Source: Acidobacteriota bacterium
GTDB taxonomy: Bacteria > Acidobacteriota > Blastocatellia > RBC074
Assembly: GCA_018268995.1 (NCBI GenBank)
Contig: JAFDVL010000102.1
Location: forward strand, 21,696-85,695
DNA length: 64,000 bases
Reading direction: 5' to 3'
Shown: in pieces, positions 49,188 to 58,953 of the stretch
How positions within the stretch are numbered: the first letter of the stretch is position 1
Layout of the letters: every line of letters starts with the position of its first letter
Notes under the pieces: generated by a model
The model's database searches: none
Told to the model about the DNA's origin: nothing
Seen by the model: the letters and a program-made list of their open reading frames with translations, nothing else
Position numbers and translations under genes: made by a program

Positions 49188-49925
49188 TTAGCTGCCGTGC
49201 AATTGTTTCAACTTATCCTTCGTGGCGGCATCAATCTTTCCGGTGACATCTAATTCATTGTTCTGCTGGAACATTCGCAAGGCCGAAGCTAAGTCATCGG
49301 TTAGCTCATCGCCTGTTGAAGCGCAAGGAAAGCCCAAATTGGATAAGCGCATTCGCACCCCGGAAATTTCAGAGATGGGGTCCATGCCACCCAGATTCAA
49401 AGGTAATACACGCTCTTCCGGCGTCCCTGGGCGAATAACCAACCGACCTTCGCGTGCATTTGGCGGCAGTTCAACCTCAATCTGCCCCTCGCCATCTGTT
49501 GAGCCCTCTTTCACCACTTTGCCGTCTATTTCCAGACGAAAGGGAGCATTCTTGACAGGTTCATCTTGAATTGGTTCCGGGTTGTAATCCGGGTCTTCGA
49601 CGTGAGAACCATCGTCTGCACCCGTAGCATTTTCTTCCGCTGGTTTATCCTCTGCTTTGGGCGGTTCCATCACTTTGAGTTTGAGCTTGGCTGGAACGCC
49701 TTTGATCTTGAATTTATGCTTTTGATCAGTCGCACAAGATTCTTCTTTCAGTTCCTTGTCGGGGATGAACAGGACATCGCCTTCTTTGAGAATATTAGGA
49801 TCAGTGCGTTTCTGTTTCAGCTCTGCATTTTTAGGATGATTCCAGAGCGTTTCCCAGAAGAAGCCGCGATCAAAAGCGATGCTGCTGACGCAATCTCCGG
49901 GTTGGATAACATACTCTTCAGGCAT
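49188..49925 (-). CDS. LysM domain + peptidoglycan-binding (PG_binding_1-like) domain protein.
   Basis: The N-terminus YVIQPGDCVSSIAFDRGFFWETLWNHPKN...LKEGDVLFIP is LysM. The C-terminus GVRMRLSNLGFPCASTGDELTDDLASALRMFQQNNELDVTGKIDAATKDKL is PG-binding-like. It starts 22 nt after the vgrG stop. Confidence 0.65.
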   Translation of the reverse strand: MPEEYVIQPGDCVSSIAFDRGFFWETLWNHPKNAELKQKRTDPNILKEGDVLFIPDKELKEESCATDQKHKFKIKGVPAKLKLKVMEPPKAEDKPAEENATGADDGSHVEDPDYNPEPIQDEPVKNAPFRLEIDGKVVKEGSTDGEGQIEVELPPNAREGRLVIRPGTPEERVLPLNLGGMDPISEISGVRMRLSNLGFPCASTGDELTDDLASALRMFQQNNELDVTGKIDAATKDKLKQLHGS

Positions 49926-49947
49926 ACAATTCTTTCACTCCCCTGCT

Positions 49948-52278
49948 TCAGGCTTTTGTCCAGGCTTCTTTATCCAAATCGGGGAAGGTCACTTTGCAAC
50001 TGCCCGGATCAATACCGGCAACAAGAGCATAGCCTTTTTCATCCAGTGTGCCTTCCGCCAGAGTTTGTCCATCGGGCAACGTGACACGGTAGCGCAGCCC
50101 CGGAACAGGCTTGCCATCTTCATTCACGACCTCAATTTCGATCTTGGATTTCTTTTCTTTGTTCTCTTCAGAGTTGGGATTATGCGAGGGCGCATTCGCC
50201 GCAGCTTGTTCTGATGCGGATTTGGCCTGCCATTGCTGTTTGTACGTTGGCGCTTTGTCGCCCGGATCAGCATTGTCGGCAATGTCAGCTTCAGCAGGTG
50301 CGGTGGGCGAAACCAACATTCCAGCCATTCCGGGCAAAGCAGCACCACCACTGTTGATCATCACCATCGTGCCTTGAATAAAGACGCCTGCCGGAAGCAA
50401 GGTAATAAAATTGCCGCCGCATTTCAGCGTCAGGCCGCTGCTGGATTCGATGACAACCTGCATCCCCTTAACGTAGATGTTGCCAGTCGTGGATTCAGTG
50501 TGATTGCCAGAAATTTCCTCTGTCACATTGCCTTTGACGGCGACAGATTGCGCCCCAGTGATTTCAATAGCCTCTTTGCCTTTAATTTTCAAGTGATGAT
50601 CACGGCCAATTTCTTCGACTTGATCTCGTTTGATAACGATTTGCTGATCACGTTCGATCAGCTCTTTTTGGTCGCGCTTGACGATTAAATGGGTGTCGCG
50701 GCCAATCCATTCGCGGCGATCATTTTTGACGCGCAAGTCCATGTCCTTCTCGGCATGCATGAACAATTGCTCATCGCCTTTTTTATCTTCCATCCGAATT
50801 TCGTTGAAGCCGCCACCGCCCTTGGAAGAATAGGTTTTGACGGTACTCTTGGTCATTTCATCGGGCAGTTTGTAAGGCGGCATGGAATCCGCGTTATAAA
50901 CGCGTCCCACGATAATCGGACGATCTGGATCACCTTCCAGAAAATCTACGATGACTTCCTGCCCGATGCGTGGCAGCGAGATTTGCCCCCATCCTTTTCC
51001 GGCCCACGTCGTAGACACGCGAATCCAGCAGGAACTCATGGCATCGTATTTCCCTTCCCGATCCCAATGGAATTGCACTTTCACGCGTCCGTACTTGTCA
51101 GTGTAAATTTCTTCGCCCGGCGGGCCGACAACGATGGCTGTCTGCGAACCAGCGACGACGGGAACCGGGGTAATGCGCGGTGAGCGAAATGGCGTCGGGT
51201 GCTGGATACATTGAAACGAATTGTAATAACTCAGCGTTGTCTCCCCCGCATCCGAGCTGCGCCAGCTTTCGCCTAGATCGGCGGAATGTTGGATTGAGGT
51301 CAAAACATACGCCTTGTTAAAGTCGCGACGATAGTGATCGCGAAGGTCAAATCTGTAGCCCGTGACTAAACCTCGACAGGTGCTTGCGCCGTTCACGACA
51401 ACTTGTGGCAAATCTTCTTCCTGAATACGAATGCCAACCAGACGCTCGCCTTCATCTTTGGTCTTGTATTCACCGGGATAATCGTAAATTTCCAATTTAC
51501 TCTCGCCCTTACCGGACAGATTTGATGTCAGATCAAGGCCAGGGTTTTCAAAATTGAAATCGCGGACTGTGTATTGACCGGGCCGAACCTCACGGCTCAT
51601 GGTGAAATCTGTGATGACATCTTCGTCGCGTTCCTGCCCGATGACCGTTTTGTAACTGACCATATCCTGCAACGGGCAAGGTTTGAATTCATTGGCGTTG
51701 TTGGCAAGGATGAGGGTGTGTTTTTCTTTTTCGTGCTCGAAGAAGTAAAAGATGCCTTCTTCTTCCATCAGGCGCGAGACAAAGTTGAAATCCGTTTCGC
51801 GGTACTGCACGCAGTATTCGCGTTTGGCGAAGTTGCCTTGCAGCTTGTTTTTGAAATCGGCAAATCCGTTGTCCTTGAAAATCTTCTCGAGAATTTCAGG
51901 CACGGTCATTTCCTGAAAAATACGGCAATCACTGGTTCGCGTCAGCATCCAGAACCAGGGCACCAGCGAGGCAGAATAATGCGTGAAAACAGTTGGCTTG
52001 TCGCCTTCTTCCAGCGTGGAAGAGCCGCCCTGCGAAAAGGAACTGATCAAACCATTGATGAATCGTTCAGAGCCGTCTGGCAAGACAATCGCGATGGTGG
52101 CGCGCTTGCCAACAATGTCTTCAAATTTGATGCTGCGATTTTCCGACATCAGCCGCAGACTGAAATGGAAGAGTCGCGAAATTCCTTCCTGCCCATCGAA
52201 TCCCTGCAACAACAATTCGTCCTCGCCCAGCGGCGTGTAAATGCGAATGATGCGATTTTCCTGTTTATATTCTGGCAA
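49948..52278 (-). CDS. vgrG: Type VI secretion system spike protein VgrG.
   Basis: The N-terminus ENRIIRIYTPLGEDELLLQGFDGQEGISRLFHFSLRLMS is the canonical VgrG/gp27 start. Length is 776 aa. The start is TTG at 52278 with an AGGAGG RBS. A C-terminal extension of about 70 aa follows a Lys/Glu-rich linker. Confidence 0.9.
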   Translation of the reverse strand: MPEYKQENRIIRIYTPLGEDELLLQGFDGQEGISRLFHFSLRLMSENRSIKFEDIVGKRATIAIVLPDGSERFINGLISSFSQGGSSTLEEGDKPTVFTHYSASLVPWFWMLTRTSDCRIFQEMTVPEILEKIFKDNGFADFKNKLQGNFAKREYCVQYRETDFNFVSRLMEEEGIFYFFEHEKEKHTLILANNANEFKPCPLQDMVSYKTVIGQERDEDVITDFTMSREVRPGQYTVRDFNFENPGLDLTSNLSGKGESKLEIYDYPGEYKTKDEGERLVGIRIQEEDLPQVVVNGASTCRGLVTGYRFDLRDHYRRDFNKAYVLTSIQHSADLGESWRSSDAGETTLSYYNSFQCIQHPTPFRSPRITPVPVVAGSQTAIVVGPPGEEIYTDKYGRVKVQFHWDREGKYDAMSSCWIRVSTTWAGKGWGQISLPRIGQEVIVDFLEGDPDRPIIVGRVYNADSMPPYKLPDEMTKSTVKTYSSKGGGGFNEIRMEDKKGDEQLFMHAEKDMDLRVKNDRREWIGRDTHLIVKRDQKELIERDQQIVIKRDQVEEIGRDHHLKIKGKEAIEITGAQSVAVKGNVTEEISGNHTESTTGNIYVKGMQVVIESSSGLTLKCGGNFITLLPAGVFIQGTMVMINSGGAALPGMAGMLVSPTAPAEADIADNADPGDKAPTYKQQWQAKSASEQAAANAPSHNPNSEENKEKKSKIEIEVVNEDGKPVPGLRYRVTLPDGQTLAEGTLDEKGYALVAGIDPGSCKVTFPDLDKEAWTKA

Positions 52279-52288
52279 TGCCTGCCTC

Positions 52289-53416
52289 CTAATTCGTCAA
52301 TTCAAAATGATGCAGATCCACGTTGGCTGAATAAAACGTCGCGCCCCAACGAAACTTGTGTTTGTGTAATTGTTCCAGCAAACTCCACTCCAGCGTAAAG
52401 AAACCCTGTTTCCAGGCAATTAGCTTTGGAGCCTTTGCCAGCAAGACTTCAAGGGGTTCCGACCGCTTCGGGATAGGCTTTCCAGCGGCTTTCAATTTCT
52501 CATCTTCCTTCTGACGCTCATCCTGGATTCGTTTCAACTCGGATGCGACCTTTTTGACAAACTCATCGTTCACGTCTTTGACATCTTTCCACATCGCCTG
52601 TGGACTGGTGTTCCATCGCGTCAGACTCAAATCAACTTTCGCCTTCCCGGTAAACTCAATCAGAAAATCCCACTCCGCCTTCGATAGAATTGGATTGCTC
52701 AGAGATTCAATGTCAATCGCATTGCCGATGGCATGTTCGCTGATTGTGCCCAGACGATAGCGATAACCGCTGTCCTTCATTGGACGTGGATTGAATCCGC
52801 CTGTTTTGAACGGCTTGTCATACGCAACACGAACTTTGGCAAGTGCCGCTTTGAGTTCTGCTGAATTTCCACGCAGGATCAGCTCTGACACATCGTTGAC
52901 GCCTTTTTTTTGATAGGCCTTTCGCACCCAGCGGTAGAAAACTTTTTGCGCCTCCGGGTTCTCTCCCATCTCAATCAATTTGCGAAGGCCTTTTGTGGAT
53001 TCCAATTCCGTATCCGACTCGTAGGAGTAATCTTCATACTCAGCGGCGGAGCCAAAATACTCGTTCCGATAGGCAATATAATCATCCACATTCTTGAGGT
53101 TGATTTTCCCCTTCAGCAACTTGAATTCTGATTCCTCTGCTGCCCGAACCAGCGCTTTCCGCATTGCGCGAAAGATAATCATTTGCAATGGATCATCCGC
53201 AGTGAACTCAGGGCAGGGCAAGGTTTCCCAACTCAACCGAAGGCGATGGTGCGGATCGGCCAAATCTTTCATGCCCACCGAACCTGGCGTATCACCAAGC
53301 AAAAGGCGTGGCGCATCGGGATTGCCAAAATCGTTGTGGCCAAGTGGTCCCGGCGTAAGGGGCGAAAGCTTGAATGGGTCGCGGCCACAGGAAATGATGT
53401 TGCGTGAGTTCCCCAT
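52289..53416 (-). CDS. Peptidase M15 (VanY/L,D- or D,D-peptidase) domain protein; candidate peptidoglycan-targeting T6SS effector.
   Basis: M15 zinc motifs are ISEHAIGNAIDIE (SxHxxGxAxD) and the C-terminal KFRWGATFYSANVDLHHFE (WGG...D.xHFE). There is no signal peptide. The N-terminal extension of about 200 aa is unknown. Confidence 0.65.
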   Translation of the reverse strand: MGNSRNIISCGRDPFKLSPLTPGPLGHNDFGNPDAPRLLLGDTPGSVGMKDLADPHHRLRLSWETLPCPEFTADDPLQMIIFRAMRKALVRAAEESEFKLLKGKINLKNVDDYIAYRNEYFGSAAEYEDYSYESDTELESTKGLRKLIEMGENPEAQKVFYRWVRKAYQKKGVNDVSELILRGNSAELKAALAKVRVAYDKPFKTGGFNPRPMKDSGYRYRLGTISEHAIGNAIDIESLSNPILSKAEWDFLIEFTGKAKVDLSLTRWNTSPQAMWKDVKDVNDEFVKKVASELKRIQDERQKEDEKLKAAGKPIPKRSEPLEVLLAKAPKLIAWKQGFFTLEWSLLEQLHKHKFRWGATFYSANVDLHHFELTN

Positions 53417-53995
53417 CTATGCGCCCTCCTGCTTAGATGGAAACTGTTGATGATGCAAAAACACCCGCAAATCTGAAGCGGAGAAAAATACTAATCGCAC
53501 TTCTTTAATCTGATCATCGCTGGCCAAAAACGAGGCGATAGCTTTCGATGAAACAGCGGCAGCCTCTTCGCGGGGATAGCCGTAAACACCTGTCGAAATC
53601 GCAGGAAAAGCGATGGATTCCAAGCTATTCTCTGCCGCTAATTTCAGCGAGTTGTGATAGCAGGCAGCCAGATAAGCTGCATCCTGTTCACCGTGTCTGC
53701 CTTTGATCGGGCCAACGGTGTGAATGACAAACCGTGCAGGCAAATTTCCAGCAGTTGTCAGTACGGCATCTCCGGTCGGAAGCCCATCTGGGAAGCGTGT
53801 CTGGCGGATTTCCTGACACGCTTCCAGAATGGATGGCCCACCGTTTCTGTGAATTGCACCGTCCACCCCACCACCACCCATCAATGTCCAATTCGCAGCA
53901 TTCACGACAGCATCAACGGCTTGTGCCGTGATGTCGCCTTGCAATGCAATGACGCGACCGGAGAGAAATGAATGGGTTGTTTGTGGCGATTGCAT
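53417..53995 (-). CDS. Macro-domain protein (ADP-ribose binding / O-acetyl-ADP-ribose deacetylase-like, YmdB type).
   Basis: GDITAQAVDAVVNAANWTLMGGGGVDGAIHRNGG ... FPAISTGVYGYP are the classic macro-domain motifs. The stop is directly adjacent to the ATG of the M15 gene (TAGATG). Confidence 0.85.
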   Translation of the reverse strand: MQSPQTTHSFLSGRVIALQGDITAQAVDAVVNAANWTLMGGGGVDGAIHRNGGPSILEACQEIRQTRFPDGLPTGDAVLTTAGNLPARFVIHTVGPIKGRHGEQDAAYLAACYHNSLKLAAENSLESIAFPAISTGVYGYPREEAAAVSSKAIASFLASDDQIKEVRLVFFSASDLRVFLHHQQFPSKQEGA

Positions 53996-54027
53996 AAAAT
54001 GATTTTCTGCCTGAAACGCATTTCCAA

Positions 54028-56685
54028 TTACGAGATGTCGTATTTGAAGTGTTCGTCTTCCGTGAGACTAACGTAAACCTTCGAGACGGCTTCTCCCGTT
54101 GCCATACGCGTCAGGAACTCACCGCTCATTTCAGGCAGTAATGTTCCATTGAGCACGTTGTGAACGTTGCGCGCGCCGCTGTCCACATCGGTACACCGTT
54201 TCGCGACGGCTTCCACCACGGCATCGTCGTAGGAGAAGTCTGCGCCGTGATTTTCTTCGATTCGCTTCGCAATCTTGGAGAGCTGCAACTTGATAATGAG
54301 CCGCAAAATTTCATCCGAGATTGGATAGTACGGCGCGATGGTCATACGTCCGAGTAACGCAGGCTTGAACGCCTTCACTAACTCAGGCCGTAAGGCTTCG
54401 ATCAACCCCTCAGGCTCAGGCTTTGTATCCGGGTCGGCGCACAGCTTCATGATCGTGTCCGTCCCAACGTTCGAGGTCAGCAGAATAATCGTATTTTTAA
54501 AATCAATCTCACGTCCTTCGCCATCTTCCAGCACGCCCTTGTCAAAGACCTGATAGAAAAGCTCCATCACGTCTGGATGAGCTTTTTCAACTTCATCCAG
54601 CAGGACGACCGAGTATGGTTTGCGGCGGACAGCTTCCGTCAAGACACCGCCTTCGCCGTACCCGACATAGCCTGGAGGTGAGCCTTTGAGACTGGAAACA
54701 GTGTGCGCTTCCTGATACTCGCTCATGTTGATCGAGATCAAATTGCGTTCACCGCCGTAGAGTGAATCGGCCAATGCCAGGCCCGTTTCGGTCTTGCCAA
54801 CACCGCTGGTTCCGACCAATAAAAATACACCGATGGGGCGTTTGGGATCAGTCAAACCAGCACGCGAGGTCTTGATGCGTTCGGAAATTGCGTTCAGGGC
54901 ATGATCCTGACCGATAACGCGTTTCTTCAGGGTATCGGAAAGATGTAAGATCGCCTGAATTTCATCCGCTACCATTTTACCAACCGGAATGCCTGTCCAG
55001 CCTGAAATCACTTCGGCAATGGTCTGTGACGTCACAACCGGCTGCATCAATGGCGTCTCGCCCTGAACCGTTTTCAGTTCCGCATTCAGGTTGGCGAGGT
55101 CAGTACGCAAGGCTTGCGCCCCTTCTGTCGAATGCTCGGCAGCCATTGCTTCCAGCTTTTCACGAATTTCGCGAATCTTACCAATCAGGTTTCGTTCCTG
55201 TTCCCATTGTGCATTCAGTTTTGCCAATGACTCTTCAGTGGTGGTGCGTTCTGCATTGAGTTCGGCAATGCGCTCTTCGTGTGCAGCACCAGTGATGGCT
55301 TCACGTTCGAGGACATTGATTTCAGTCGTCAGATTTGCAATGCGACGATTGGAATCTTCAATCGCAGGCGGCGTTGCTCCCTGGCCGATGGCAACTTTGG
55401 CGCAAGCGGTGTCAAGCACACTGACGGATTTATCAGGTAATTGCCGCCCTGTGATGTAACGACTGGATAAGCGCACGGAATCTTCAACTGCCTCATCCAA
55501 AATGCGAACGTGGTGATGGTTTTCCAGCGCGCTGACAATACCACGCATCATCACAATGCCTTTGGCTTCGTCCGGCTCTTCGACTTTGACGACCTGAAAG
55601 CGGCGAGCAAGCGCGGCGTCCTTCTCAAAGTATTTTTTGTACTCGGCCCAGGTGGTCGCCGCAATGGTTCTGAGTTCGCCGCGTGCCAGTGCAGGCTTCA
55701 GCAAATTCGCCGCATCGTTCTGTCCGGCCTGTCCGCCCGCGCCGATCATCGTATGTGCTTCGTCAATAAAAATAATGATCGGAGTGGGCGAGGATTTGAC
55801 TTCGTCAATCACTGACTTCAAGCGATTTTCAAATTCCCCCTTGATTCCGGCACCCGCTTGAAGCAGGCCTAAATCAAGAGTTCGCACAATGACATTCTTC
55901 AGCGGGTCAGGCACATCGCCTTGGGCAATACGAAGGGCGAAGCCTTCAACAACTGCGGTCTTACCAACCCCCGCTTCACCCGTCAGAATTGGGTTGTTCT
56001 GGCGGCGACGCGTCAGAATGTCAACGACCTGACGGACTTCAAATTCACGGCCCAACACCGGATCAATTTTGCCGGAACGAGCCTTAGCAGTCAGGTCAAT
56101 CGTGAATTGATCCAACGCCTTTGTTTTGCCCGGTGCACCAATTGCTCCGCCTTCAGTTGCCTCACCGCCCCCCTCCATCGGTTGCGAGGTGAAGCCTTCT
56201 GCGGCACGAGCTTCGGCTGAACCTGTGGTCAAGGCAGCAAAGTTTTCGCGCAGTTCGTCCACTTTGATTTTTGTGAAGTCTTTGGAAATCTCACGCGCAA
56301 GACGAATCAATTGCTCATTCGTCAATAAAGCCAACAGCAAATGGCCAGATCGAACTTTCGCCTCACCGTATTCCACCGACGCCAATAACCACGCGTCCTG
56401 AAACAAGGTTGGAATGTATGGGGAAATCGAAGGTGTGCGCGCATTCCCAGTCTTCAAGCGATCCATTGCTACTGTGATGTCCTTGCCCAACCGTGACGCA
56501 TTTAGCTCATAGTGACGAAGGATTTTATTCAGATCGGTATCAGTGGATTCGAGCAATTTGACAAAGAGATGCTCAATTTCGACATCGTAATTGGTACGAG
56601 ACAAGCAAAGTCCGGCAGCACCTTCAAGCGCGCTTCGTGTCGTATCATTTAATCGGGCTACAAGTGATTTTAAACTTACATTCAT
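54028..56685 (-). CDS. clpV: Type VI secretion AAA+ ATPase ClpV (TssH).
   Basis: ClpB-like protein of 885 aa. The N-domain is LKSLVARLNDTTRSALEGAAGLC. There are two AAA modules (GEAGVGKTAVVEG; GTSGVGKTETGLALA). It lies within the T6SS operon. ATG at 56685. Confidence 0.9.
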   Translation of the reverse strand: MNVSLKSLVARLNDTTRSALEGAAGLCLSRTNYDVEIEHLFVKLLESTDTDLNKILRHYELNASRLGKDITVAMDRLKTGNARTPSISPYIPTLFQDAWLLASVEYGEAKVRSGHLLLALLTNEQLIRLAREISKDFTKIKVDELRENFAALTTGSAEARAAEGFTSQPMEGGGEATEGGAIGAPGKTKALDQFTIDLTAKARSGKIDPVLGREFEVRQVVDILTRRRQNNPILTGEAGVGKTAVVEGFALRIAQGDVPDPLKNVIVRTLDLGLLQAGAGIKGEFENRLKSVIDEVKSSPTPIIIFIDEAHTMIGAGGQAGQNDAANLLKPALARGELRTIAATTWAEYKKYFEKDAALARRFQVVKVEEPDEAKGIVMMRGIVSALENHHHVRILDEAVEDSVRLSSRYITGRQLPDKSVSVLDTACAKVAIGQGATPPAIEDSNRRIANLTTEINVLEREAITGAAHEERIAELNAERTTTEESLAKLNAQWEQERNLIGKIREIREKLEAMAAEHSTEGAQALRTDLANLNAELKTVQGETPLMQPVVTSQTIAEVISGWTGIPVGKMVADEIQAILHLSDTLKKRVIGQDHALNAISERIKTSRAGLTDPKRPIGVFLLVGTSGVGKTETGLALADSLYGGERNLISINMSEYQEAHTVSSLKGSPPGYVGYGEGGVLTEAVRRKPYSVVLLDEVEKAHPDVMELFYQVFDKGVLEDGEGREIDFKNTIILLTSNVGTDTIMKLCADPDTKPEPEGLIEALRPELVKAFKPALLGRMTIAPYYPISDEILRLIIKLQLSKIAKRIEENHGADFSYDDAVVEAVAKRCTDVDSGARNVHNVLNGTLLPEMSGEFLTRMATGEAVSKVYVSLTEDEHFKYDIS

Positions 56686-56730
56686 GATCAACCTCGATTC
56701 CAGGGGCCTCTTTAGTAATTTAGTGGATCG

Positions 56731-57591
56731 TTATTTTTTCGGCGGCGCATACGTCGAAAGTGGGTACGCCTTCAGCCCAAAGGTTTCCGGGCTTTCTGCC
56801 AAGATGGCAGCGGCAAAGAACCTGGGCAGATAATGAACCCCTTCGTCTAAAAAAGCCTTGTCGAATTTCTTGGCGTCTGGCTTCGCTAAGATCGCCCAGA
56901 GTTCACCGCCTGAGTCGTGCTCTTTAATCAATTCAGCAAAATCGCGTTTTACATTTGCAGTGCCACGGTTGTACGCAAGCATGGCCAGCGCGGCGGAGAT
57001 GCCATCCTTCCCAAATTCCGCCATTCGCGCTTTGATAAATCGAGCCGCCGCGTTTGCCCCTTTCTCGACATCGCAAAGGGCATCCGCTTTTACGCCTAAA
57101 CTTGTGGCAGATGCTGGCAGGATGGCAAACATCCCTTTCCCTTTGCCCTTCGCAGGGCAGGGTTGGAATTCGGATTCCAACAACGCAACCGCATTCCCTA
57201 ACGTTTCCAGGACTTTCTCTTTTTCAAACTCACCATTGATAATAGGAGCATATTGCACCGCACGCTCAAAGACTTTGTTCAGGTCTTCACCGCCCGACTT
57301 GGGATCAGCAGCGCCAACGCGTACGGCATAGACATCAACCCATTTTTTGATCAACTGGACGCCTTCTGCTGAAACCACCAAAGGCTTTTCAGGGGATAAC
57401 ATCCAACCAAGATTTCCCGCGTAATTTGAGATAAAACTGGCCCGTGCCTGGTCATTCATTTTCAAATACTGTGATGCGCCACTTGTTGCAGCCTCTGAGG
57501 CTTTGGGCGCTGAGGTATTGCTTTGGGCGAGGATCGGCATGGCTAAAAACAGCAGTGAGGTTAGCATGACCGATGGGATTAACTTCTTCAT
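56731..57591 (-). CDS. Secreted lytic transglycosylase (SLT-domain) protein.
   Basis: Signal peptide MKKLIPSVMLTSLLFLAMPILAQS. SLT-like motifs are LLESEFQPCPAKGKGKGMFAI (ES-x-F...G-LMQ variant) and LAMLAYNRGTANV (AYNAG-like). Confidence 0.55.
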   Translation of the reverse strand: MKKLIPSVMLTSLLFLAMPILAQSNTSAPKASEAATSGASQYLKMNDQARASFISNYAGNLGWMLSPEKPLVVSAEGVQLIKKWVDVYAVRVGAADPKSGGEDLNKVFERAVQYAPIINGEFEKEKVLETLGNAVALLESEFQPCPAKGKGKGMFAILPASATSLGVKADALCDVEKGANAAARFIKARMAEFGKDGISAALAMLAYNRGTANVKRDFAELIKEHDSGGELWAILAKPDAKKFDKAFLDEGVHYLPRFFAAAILAESPETFGLKAYPLSTYAPPKK

Positions 57592-57604
57592 TTTTCCTGA
57601 CTCC

Positions 57605-58924
57605 TTATCGTTTGACGAAATAAAAATCTCCATCAAGGGAGGTATTTTCCCAGGGCACTTGTTGACCATTTGTTTTTTCTTTAACTGCAATTCGGGTTCG
57701 TTTCAGTACTTCTTCTACTTTTAAATTCGGCTCGCGCATGTGCCTTAATAATTCCTGCGTGTACAGACCATTTTTCCCATCGCCATCGCTGGCAACTTCT
57801 CCTGGCCCCGTGGCATAAGCCACAACGGTTCCACTTGGTGCCGACATCACCGCGAGTCCACGTGAAAGTGAGCGCGTACGTTGCACAAAAGGGTTGTTGC
57901 GACAGGCGTCCAGAATCACGATATTCAAACGGCTCCCAGCAGATTCCAATTCGTTCATGATCCGGCCTGCATCCACGGCTTCATATTCGGCATCGCCTTC
58001 CTTTTCAATCTTTGCTCCGACAGGAACCAGATAATTTACGCCTTTGACCTGAATTCCGTGTCCCGCAAAATAGAACAAGGCCACGCTGCCGCGCTGTATT
58101 TTATTGCCAAACGCGCGCAGGCTTTCTTCCAGTTCGCGTTTGTTCAGGTTGGTATATTGCATGACCTCAAAACCTGTTTCACGCAGGGATTGCGCCATCG
58201 CATTAGCATCGTTAGCAGGATTCGCCAACGGGCCAACCTGATAGTTGCTATTCCCGATCACCAAAGCCAGACGATTTGTGCTACTGATTTCATTGACCGA
58301 GCTGGATGAAATGCCCGAATTTGTGACGACAGTTGAATTCCCGTCACTGCGAGCAGGCGTACTGACAGCAGGATTCTCATTCGGCTTCTTTTCCGGCGGC
58401 AGAACAGGCCCGGTCGGCTGATTTGTATTGTTGCGGACGGGTGGATTTGTCGGCGCAGTATTTTTGCTAATGATTACTGGCCCTTTCACTTTCAAAGTAA
58501 AAAAGCCGCTTTGGTTGTTGCGCGGGCCAAAAACGCGCATGAGCACATTTTGACGAGTGTCCAGTCGAAGTTTTGCATCCTTCCGGTCTCCACCGGAGGA
58601 AGCATCAAACTTGATCAGTGTTTGTGCATCAGCATCCAGAATTTCGACGCCGATGTTTGACCATTGCTCATTGGTTTTCACCTCAAGAGAAAAACTGACA
58701 TCGCCCGGCCCGGCGGTAAAAGTATAGAAGCGGTTGATGGAAACATTCGGAGCAATATTCCCTTTCAATTCCTGATTGAACAATGGCATGGGATTATCTT
58801 TGCTGCTTGGTTGTGCAAACACCAGTTGAGCGACACAAAGACAGCCCAATGCAATCCAACGCAACCTGCAAGACAATCGGTTTGCGCTGTTGGAACTTCG
58901 ATGTAAGGCGTTCAATAATTTCAT
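57605..58924 (-). CDS. Secreted caspase-family (peptidase C14) protease with an N-terminal β-sandwich pre-domain.
   Basis: Signal peptide. The caspase His/Cys dyad is ALFYFAGHGIQ ... IVILDACRNNPF. It lies inside the T6SS operon. Confidence 0.8.
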   Translation of the reverse strand: MKLLNALHRSSNSANRLSCRLRWIALGCLCVAQLVFAQPSSKDNPMPLFNQELKGNIAPNVSINRFYTFTAGPGDVSFSLEVKTNEQWSNIGVEILDADAQTLIKFDASSGGDRKDAKLRLDTRQNVLMRVFGPRNNQSGFFTLKVKGPVIISKNTAPTNPPVRNNTNQPTGPVLPPEKKPNENPAVSTPARSDGNSTVVTNSGISSSSVNEISSTNRLALVIGNSNYQVGPLANPANDANAMAQSLRETGFEVMQYTNLNKRELEESLRAFGNKIQRGSVALFYFAGHGIQVKGVNYLVPVGAKIEKEGDAEYEAVDAGRIMNELESAGSRLNIVILDACRNNPFVQRTRSLSRGLAVMSAPSGTVVAYATGPGEVASDGDGKNGLYTQELLRHMREPNLKVEEVLKRTRIAVKEKTNGQQVPWENTSLDGDFYFVKR

Positions 58925-58953
58925 AATTTGCCCTATTGCTATCAGAGTCAGCC

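Noticed and set aside
53417-53995. Macro domain as N-terminal part of a single macro-M15 fusion interrupted by a frameshift.
   Set aside because: A clean TAG stop is followed by an in-frame ATG with no extended overlap. The two proteins are complete domains on their own. Two coupled genes is the more parsimonious reading.
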